The notes under the pieces are model-generated. The model saw only the letters and a program-made list of their open reading frames with translations. It did no database searches and was not told the origin of the DNA. From Candidatus Multivoradales bacterium (GTDB taxonomy: Bacteria; Acidobacteriota; Thermoanaerobaculia; Multivoradales; JAHEKO01): a DNA stretch of 64,000 nt. The stretch covers positions 832,001 through 896,000 of the forward strand of contig CBDCVR010000015.1 in assembly GCA_965223155.1 (NCBI GenBank), read 5' to 3'. A program made the translations under genes and the position numbers. Of the stretch, positions 57,673 to 64,000 are shown piece after piece. The number at the start of each line of letters is the position of its first letter. The stretch's first letter is position 1.

Positions 57673-60600
57673 ATGACCCGACCCCTCGGCACCGCCCGGA
57701 CCAATCGTTGCCCCGTCTTGTCCCGGATCGCTCTTGCCACCGTCGTCTTGACCCTCCTGTCCCTCGTTTTCTCGACACCCGCCGAAGCCCGTAAGGGCAA
57801 GAAGAAGGCGGCCGCCGAGTCCGCTGAGGCCCCCGAGTCCGATACCGCGCTATCGTCGGCGACCTTCTCCGGCCTCGAGTTTCGCTCGATCGGCCCGGCT
57901 CTCATGTCGGGCCGCATCGCCGACATTGCCGTTCATCCCGACGACCAGTCGGTCTGGTACGTGGCGGTGGGGAGCGGCAACTTGTGGAAGACTACGAACG
58001 CTGGCACTACCTGGACGCCCATCTTCGACGACCAGGGCTCGTACTCGATTGGTGACGTGACCCTGGATCCGTCCAACCCCGAGATCGTTTGGGTCGGCAC
58101 CGGCGAGAACGTCGGAGGGCGTCACGTGGGCTACGGTGACGGCGTGTACAAGAGCCTCGATGGGGGCGCAAGCTGGGAAAACGTCGGCCTCGAGAGCTCG
58201 GAACACATCGGCAACATCGTCGTCGATCCGAACGACGGCAATGTCGTCTACGTCGCATCTCAAGGCCCACTGTGGTCTGCCGGAGGCGACCGCGGTCTCT
58301 TCAAGACCACCGACGGCGGCGCGACCTGGGAGAAGATCCTCGGCGGCGGCGAGTACACGGGCGTCAACGAGGTGATGATGGACCCGCGGGACTCGATGGT
58401 TCTCTACGCCTCGACCCATCAGCGCTTTCGGAACGTCGCCGCCCTCCTCAACGGCGGCCCCGAATCGGGACTCCACAAGTCCACCGACGGCGGCACGACT
58501 TGGCGTGAGCTCTCGAACGGCATCCCCGAAGACGACAAAGGCAAGATCGGCATCGCGATCTCGCCCATCAACCCGGACGTTGTCTACGCGACGGTCGAGA
58601 CCCCACAGCGGGAGATCGCCGTCTACCGTTCCGCGAACGCCGGCGCGAGCTGGGAGAAGGGCGCCGATGTCGGCTACTCGGGCACCGGCCCGCACTACTA
58701 CCAGGAGATCTTCGCCAGTCCCCACAAGTTCGACCGCATCTACCACATGAACCCGCGTATCTCGGTCTCGGACGACGGCGGTACGAGCTGGCGGCCGCTG
58801 GGCGAGGAGTACAAGCACGGCGACAGCCATGCGATGGCCTTCGATCCGAACGACCCGGACTACCTTCTAGTCGGAAGCGACGGTGGGCTCTACGAGAGCT
58901 TCGACCAGGCCAAGAGCTGGAAGTTCCTCGCCAACCTGCCGGTGACCCAGTTCTACAAGGTGGCGGTGGACTACGACGAGCCCTTCTACCACGTGGTCGG
59001 CGGCACCCAGGACAACAACACGCAGTACGGGCCTTCGCGCACCGACAACGTGCACGGCATCCGCAACTCCGACTGGGAGATCACGCTTTTCGGCGACGGC
59101 CACCAGCCGGCGATCGACCCCACCGACCCGAACATCGTCTACTCCGAGTGGCAGGAAGGGAACCTGACCCGCTGGGACCGAGCCACCGGCGAGATGATCT
59201 ACATCCAGCCGCAACCCGAAGCCGACGAGGAATGGGACCGCTTCAACTGGGACTCGCCCATTCTGATCAGCGCCCACGACCCGGCCCGCCTCTACTTCGC
59301 GAGCCAGCGAGTCTGGCGCAGCGACAACCGCGGCGATTCTTGGCGGCCGGTTTCCGGAGACCTCTCGAAGGGCGTTGATCGGCTGACCCAGCCGATGATG
59401 GGCAGAGTGTGGCAGTGGGAGTCGAACTGGGACGTCTGGGCGATGTCGAAATACAGCACGATCACGTCTCTAGGGGAATCACCCAAGGACGAGAACATCC
59501 TCTACGCCGGCACCGATGACGGCCTCGTCCAGATCTCCGAGGACGGCGGCCAGACCTGGCGCAAGATCGACTCGCTGCCCGGCGTCCCCGATGGTTTCTT
59601 CGTCAACGACATCAAGGCCGACCTCCACGACGCGGACACCGCCTACGTCGTGGTTGACGACCACAAGTCAGGCGACTTCTCGCCCTACGTCCTGAAATCG
59701 ACCAATCGAGGCCGCTCCTGGACCTCGATCGCGAGCGATCTTCCCGAGCGCCACGTCGTGTGGCGTCTGGTGCAAGATCACGAGAACCCCAATCTCCTCT
59801 TCGTCGGCACCGAATTCGGGGTCTTCTTCACGGTCGACGGCGGCGGCAAGTGGGTCAAGCTTTCGGCCGGGATGCCCAACATCCCGGTGCGGGACCTGGC
59901 CATCCAGAAGCGGGAGAACGACTTGATCGCGGCGACCTTCGGCCGCGGCTTCTACGTCCTCGACGACTACAGCGCTCTGCGCTCGATCTCGGAGGAAATG
60001 CTCGAGTCGTCCGACGTCGAGCTCTTCGAGCCGCGTAAGGCCTGGTGGTACATGGAGCGCCGTGCCCTGGGCGGCTCCAAGAAGGCCAGCCAGGGCGAGG
60101 CCTTCTACGTCGCCGACAACCCGCCTTTCGGCGCCACCTTCACTTACTACCTGAAGGATTCCCTCGAGACCGCCAAGGAGGCGCGCAAGAAGCAAGAGGG
60201 CGAGGTCGCCAAGGAGGGCGGAGACACGCCCTACCCCGGATGGGACGCACTCCGCGAAGAGGATCTCGAGGAGGCTCCTGCGATTCTCCTAACGGTCACC
60301 AACGGAGCCGGCGAGGTGGTTCGCCGCCTGACCGGGCCGGCCAAGGCCGGCGTCCACCGCGTGACCTGGGACCTACGGTATCCGAGTTCGAGCGCCTGGA
60401 GCGAGGACTGGAACGACGAGAACGCAAGCGGTTTCCTGGCCGAGCCCGGAACCTACACAGTTTCGCTGGCCCAGCGCTCGGGGACCGTCGTGACCGATCT
60501 CGACCAGAGCCAGTCCTTCGAGGTCGTACCGCTTCGCGAGCGAGGCCTTCCGGGCGCGAGCCCGGCCGAGGCCGTGGCCTTCCTGCGCGAGCTCGACGCC

Positions 60601-61032
60601 TTCAACCTCCAGGCCGAGGCCGCGAACTCCGCGCTCGCGGAGGCCGAAACGAAGCTCGACGCCATCAGGCAGGCGCTCATGCGGTCGACTCTGGCGCACA
60701 GCCAGCTCGATGACAGCGCCCGCGGTCTGTGGCGGAAGGTCAAGGACCTCCAGCTCTGGCTCGAAGGCAGCGAACGCCGGGACAACATGGGTGATCCGGG
60801 ACCGGTCTCGATCGAGCGCCGGCTCGGCGTCGCCTTCATGGGCAACATGCTGTCGACCTACGGACCGACACCGACTCATACGCGCCAGTTCGAAATCGCC
60901 AAGGAGGAGTTCGCCCGACTCTCTTCGGAGCTCAACCAACTTCTCGAAACCGACCTACCCGCTCTCGAGACTCAGCTCGACGCGGCGGGCGTTCCGTGGA
61001 CTCCGGGCCGCGGCATTGGCGGAGGATCCTGA
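57673..61032 (+). CDS. Exported VPS10/BNR-repeat glycosyl hydrolase-like protein (paralog 2)
   Basis: Same architecture as 50892..54203, with shared blocks [27 protein letters not shown]. Confidence 0.88.
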   Translation: MTRPLGTARTNRCPVLSRIALATVVLTLLSLVFSTPAEARKGKKKAAAESAEAPESDTALSSATFSGLEFRSIGPALMSGRIADIAVHPDDQSVWYVAVGSGNLWKTTNAGTTWTPIFDDQGSYSIGDVTLDPSNPEIVWVGTGENVGGRHVGYGDGVYKSLDGGASWENVGLESSEHIGNIVVDPNDGNVVYVASQGPLWSAGGDRGLFKTTDGGATWEKILGGGEYTGVNEVMMDPRDSMVLYASTHQRFRNVAALLNGGPESGLHKSTDGGTTWRELSNGIPEDDKGKIGIAISPINPDVVYATVETPQREIAVYRSANAGASWEKGADVGYSGTGPHYYQEIFASPHKFDRIYHMNPRISVSDDGGTSWRPLGEEYKHGDSHAMAFDPNDPDYLLVGSDGGLYESFDQAKSWKFLANLPVTQFYKVAVDYDEPFYHVVGGTQDNNTQYGPSRTDNVHGIRNSDWEITLFGDGHQPAIDPTDPNIVYSEWQEGNLTRWDRATGEMIYIQPQPEADEEWDRFNWDSPILISAHDPARLYFASQRVWRSDNRGDSWRPVSGDLSKGVDRLTQPMMGRVWQWESNWDVWAMSKYSTITSLGESPKDENILYAGTDDGLVQISEDGGQTWRKIDSLPGVPDGFFVNDIKADLHDADTAYVVVDDHKSGDFSPYVLKSTNRGRSWTSIASDLPERHVVWRLVQDHENPNLLFVGTEFGVFFTVDGGGKWVKLSAGMPNIPVRDLAIQKRENDLIAATFGRGFYVLDDYSALRSISEEMLESSDVELFEPRKAWWYMERRALGGSKKASQGEAFYVADNPPFGATFTYYLKDSLETAKEARKKQEGEVAKEGGDTPYPGWDALREEDLEEAPAILLTVTNGAGEVVRRLTGPAKAGVHRVTWDLRYPSSSAWSEDWNDENASGFLAEPGTYTVSLAQRSGTVVTDLDQSQSFEVVPLRERGLPGASPAEAVAFLRELDAFNLQAEAANSALAEAETKLDAIRQALMRSTLAHSQLDDSARGLWRKVKDLQLWLEGSERRDNMGDPGPVSIERRLGVAFMGNMLSTYGPTPTHTRQFEIAKEEFARLSSELNQLLETDLPALETQLDAAGVPWTPGRGIGGGS

Positions 61033-61034
61033 AG

Positions 61035-63221
61035 ATGACTCCGAATACGACGTTTGCCACTCTCCGGCCCGCGGCCGTTCTGGCCGCCGCCTTCCTCATC
61101 GCGGCCTACCTCGGGGCCTCTCCCGGCCCGGAAGAGGCAAGCCGCCTCTTTGACGCGGCTCGCTCTGGAGATGCCGATGCCGCGACCGCCCTTCTCGACC
61201 AAGGCGTTCCGGTGGACGCCACCGACAAGTACGGCTCGACCGCGCTGGCCATGGCTTCGAGCTCCGGCCACGCCGACGTCGTCCGGCTCTTGCTGGCGCG
61301 CGGAGCCGACGTCAATCACGCCGACGCCTTCTACGGCGCGCGCCCGGTGGACATCGCGCTCTTCTGGAAAGGCCATCGCGACATCGCCAAGATCCTCCTC
61401 GAAGCTGGAGCCGAGGGCCGCGAGGACGCCCTCGGCCTTGCTCTGCGAGAAGGCGACGTGGATCTGGCGCGGGCCGCCGTGGCCAGTGGTCCGCTCTACC
61501 AGAGCGCTCTTCAGGCACTGCGCGACCGGCTGGGCAAGCTCGCCTCAGAGGAGGAGGCGCCGGCCCAGATCGCCGAGCTCCTGGCTGGTGCGTCAAGCCG
61601 CCCCGATCCGCCGACGCCCAGCTACGACTTGGAGCAGCTTCATACCTTTACCGGCAAGTTCGAGGGCTGGACTTCGGATGATGCCGTCGAGGTCACCTTG
61701 CGCGAAGGCGTCCTTCAGTGGCGCCTCAACGACGAGGCGCGCGGCGCTCTCCGCATCGTCGGTGAGCGCGCTTTCGCCGCGACCGACGGCAGCCCGGTCA
61801 ACTTCAACGGCCGCTCCGGGCGCATCGAAGGCGTCGTCGTTCGCGCTGGGGACCAGAGCGTGTTCATGCGCCGGAGCGTGGCCGAGCCCGATCCCGAGGC
61901 CGCCGCGCGCTTCGCCGCTCTCGAGGTGACTCCAGAAGACGCCGCCTCGAGTCCCAACTGGCCCGCCTTCCGGGGTGCCAACGCGGTCGGCGTCGCCGAC
62001 GGTCACGCCACCGCCGTGTCCTGGAACATCGGCTCGGGCGACGGCATCCTCTGGACCGGTTCTCTTCCCGGCCTCGGCAATTCGAGCCCGATTGTCTGGG
62101 GCGACCGGGTCTACGTCACGACCGCGGTCGCCGACGTCGAGCAGAGGCTCCGCACGGGTCTGACCGGGGCCACCGAGTACTTCGATGAGAACGTGGAGCA
62201 CTCCTGGCGGGTCCTGGCCTTCGACAAGCGCTCGGGCAAGCTCGTCTGGGACGTCGAGGTGGGCCGCGCCGTGCCTCTGACCAAGCGCCATTTCAAGGCC
62301 TCGCAGGCCAACTCGACCCCGGTCACCGACGGTGAGCGCATCGTCGTGGTCTTTCCAACTGCCGGGCTTGCTTGCCTGGACGCGGACGGTACCGTCCTCT
62401 GGAGGAAGGACCTGGGAGGCCTCAATGCCGGGGCCTTCAGCGACCCGACTATCGAGTGGGGTTTCGCCAGCTCACCGATTCTGTACGGCGATTCGGTCAT
62501 CCTCCAGGTCGACGTCCACGAGGGATCCCACCTCGTCTCCTGGGATCTCGAGACGGGGCGCGAGCTCTGGCGCACCGAGCGTGACGTCGCCCCGTCGTGG
62601 GCGACGCCGACGATTCTCCCGGGTCCGGAGGGCGACGAGCTCGTCACCAACGGCTCGACCATCCACGCCTACGATCCCAAGACCGGGCGCGAGCTCTGGA
62701 GCCTGGGGCCCAACTCGGAGTTGGTCGTCGCCACGCCCGTGGTCGATGGCGGGGTCGTCTACGTCTCGGCCGGGTACCCGCCGATCAAGCCGATCTATGC
62801 CGTGCGCGCGGGCACCCGCGGGGCGCTCGACACCCAACCGGGCAAAGCCCACGACGATCTTCTCTGGAGCCACGGGCGGGGCGGCGCCTACATGCCCAGT
62901 CCGCTTCTCTACCGGGGCCTCTACTACATCGTGCACCACAATGGCCGCCTGGTGGCTTACGACCCGGCCGACGGCACCGCCGTCTTCAAGAGCCGTTTTT
63001 CCAAGGGCGGCACCTTCACCGGCTCGCCGGTGGCCGCCGACGGCAAGCTCTACGTCCCCACCGAAGAGGGGCTTCTCTACGTTCTCGAGGCCGGCCCGGC
63101 CTATTCCGAGCTCGCCATCAACGACATGGGCGAGCCGCTCATGGCCACACCCGCGATCTCAGAGGGAATGCTCTTCTTGCGGACGCCTTCGAAGCTCGTG
63201 GCGGTTGCCGGCGCCGGCTGA
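61035..63221 (+). CDS. Exported ankyrin-repeat plus PQQ-like beta-propeller protein
   Basis: Ankyrin GSTAL.MA...GH..VV.LLL..GADVN; NWPAFRG, SSPIVWG propeller; GGAGG RBS before ATG 61035. Confidence 0.83.
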   Translation: MTPNTTFATLRPAAVLAAAFLIAAYLGASPGPEEASRLFDAARSGDADAATALLDQGVPVDATDKYGSTALAMASSSGHADVVRLLLARGADVNHADAFYGARPVDIALFWKGHRDIAKILLEAGAEGREDALGLALREGDVDLARAAVASGPLYQSALQALRDRLGKLASEEEAPAQIAELLAGASSRPDPPTPSYDLEQLHTFTGKFEGWTSDDAVEVTLREGVLQWRLNDEARGALRIVGERAFAATDGSPVNFNGRSGRIEGVVVRAGDQSVFMRRSVAEPDPEAAARFAALEVTPEDAASSPNWPAFRGANAVGVADGHATAVSWNIGSGDGILWTGSLPGLGNSSPIVWGDRVYVTTAVADVEQRLRTGLTGATEYFDENVEHSWRVLAFDKRSGKLVWDVEVGRAVPLTKRHFKASQANSTPVTDGERIVVVFPTAGLACLDADGTVLWRKDLGGLNAGAFSDPTIEWGFASSPILYGDSVILQVDVHEGSHLVSWDLETGRELWRTERDVAPSWATPTILPGPEGDELVTNGSTIHAYDPKTGRELWSLGPNSELVVATPVVDGGVVYVSAGYPPIKPIYAVRAGTRGALDTQPGKAHDDLLWSHGRGGAYMPSPLLYRGLYYIVHHNGRLVAYDPADGTAVFKSRFSKGGTFTGSPVAADGKLYVPTEEGLLYVLEAGPAYSELAINDMGEPLMATPAISEGMLFLRTPSKLVAVAGAG

Positions 63222-63228
63222 TCCGCCC

Positions 63229-64000
63229 CTAGGCTGCCGCGTGCGCCCAGGCCGTGTAGGCGCGAAGATGCGAGACGGCGTCGTGGACGCGTAGGACCTC
63301 GACGCCCTTGGTGCACAGGGCGAGCGAGATGCCCAGGGTCTCGAGGTCGCGGCCGGCGGCATCGTCACCCCTCCCGGAATCGCGGGCCAACGATCCGAGA
63401 AACGACTTCCGCGAGTGCCCCACCAAGATCCGGAGCCCGTAGCGCTGGAACCTCTCTACCGCGCGCAGGAGCTCGAGCGAGTGGAGCGCGCTCTTGCCGA
63501 AGCCGATCCCCGGGTCGAAGAGAATCCGGTCGAGATCAAGGCCCGCGGCTTCCCAGGCGCGCAGCCGCTCGCCCAGCCAGGACTCGACTTCGGCAACCGG
63601 GTCGGCCGTGTCCGGAAACCGAACTTCCGGCTCGACCGGCACGGTCAGACTGTGCATCGCCACCCAGTCCGCTCCGCTCTGGCGGGCCAGGTCCAGCATT
63701 GCGGGATCGGCCAAGCCGGAAGTGTCGTTGATCCAGTCGGCACCTAGCTCGAGCGCCCATTCGGCGACCTCCGCATGACGGGTATCGACCGAGATCAGAG
63801 GACGAAGCAGCCGGCCCCGGCCGGCGGCGACGAGATCCGACAGAACCGGCTCGAGCCGCGCCCATTCGCTTTCGGGATCGACCGCCTCGGCTCCCGGCCG
63901 GGTTGACTCCGCTCCCAGGTCGAGGACGTGGACGCCGGCACTGTCCATCGCCTCGAGGTCCTCCTCGAGCACTCTCCGGTCCCGGTAGCGGCCACCGTCC
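63229..64000 (-). CDS. folP: Dihydropteroate synthase (5' part outside window)
   Basis: DGG at the window edge, GAESTRPG, SVDT, DPGIGFGK, GHSRKSF, RVHD. Confidence 0.92.
   Translation of the reverse strand, partial: DGGRYRDRRVLEEDLEAMDSAGVHVLDLGAESTRPGAEAVDPESEWARLEPVLSDLVAAGRGRLLRPLISVDTRHAEVAEWALELGADWINDTSGLADPAMLDLARQSGADWVAMHSLTVPVEPEVRFPDTADPVAEVESWLGERLRAWEAAGLDLDRILFDPGIGFGKSALHSLELLRAVERFQRYGLRILVGHSRKSFLGSLARDSGRGDDAAGRDLETLGISLALCTKGVEVLRVHDAVSHLRAYTAWAHAAA

Noticed and set aside
1-64000. CRISPR arrays, tRNA genes, prophage or defence systems
   Set aside because: No spaced direct repeats, cloverleaf-like sequences or hallmark genes were seen by eye. The zero-confidence CRISPR-typed placeholder in the feature list is an error and should be ignored.

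Overview
High-GC bacterial chromosomal window (gene style suggests an Acidobacteriota/Planctomycetota-like environmental organism; this is inference). It holds about 50 protein-coding genes: transporters (2 Na+/solute symporters, TAXI-TRAP, several ABC systems, MFS, Ca2+/Na+ antiporter), lipid enzymes (desaturase, WS/DGAT, acyl-reductase-like SDR, carboxylesterase), signalling proteins, rimK, arsR-arsM, an IS5-family element with a -1 frameshift, two VPS10/BNR paralogs and a partial folP. No rRNA, tRNA or CRISPR array was seen. Five stand-out observations follow. (1) A lasso-like RiPP locus at 54380-57534 (RRE, AsnB-like cyclase, 36-aa precursor, HPr-kinase-like gene) lacks a B2 peptidase in the window, and its precursor breaks lasso rules but has a symmetric K-x5-DGD-x5-K core. 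(2) A PhcB-like methyltransferase plus desaturase sit divergent from a PhcS-PhcR-like fused kinase at 17254-22423, a candidate fatty-acid-ester quorum-sensing system. (3) An unannotated ~270-nt minus-strand transcript at 28724-28993 carries an 18-nt complement to the 16S 3' end, a 14-codon ORF, nested stems and a terminator. (4) A di-heme protein-PhnDCE-like-porin operon lies behind a promoter with a perfect 16-bp operator. (5) A histidine kinase has a sensor resembling YhhQ/Vut transporters. All calls are by eye from motifs; no database searches were run.
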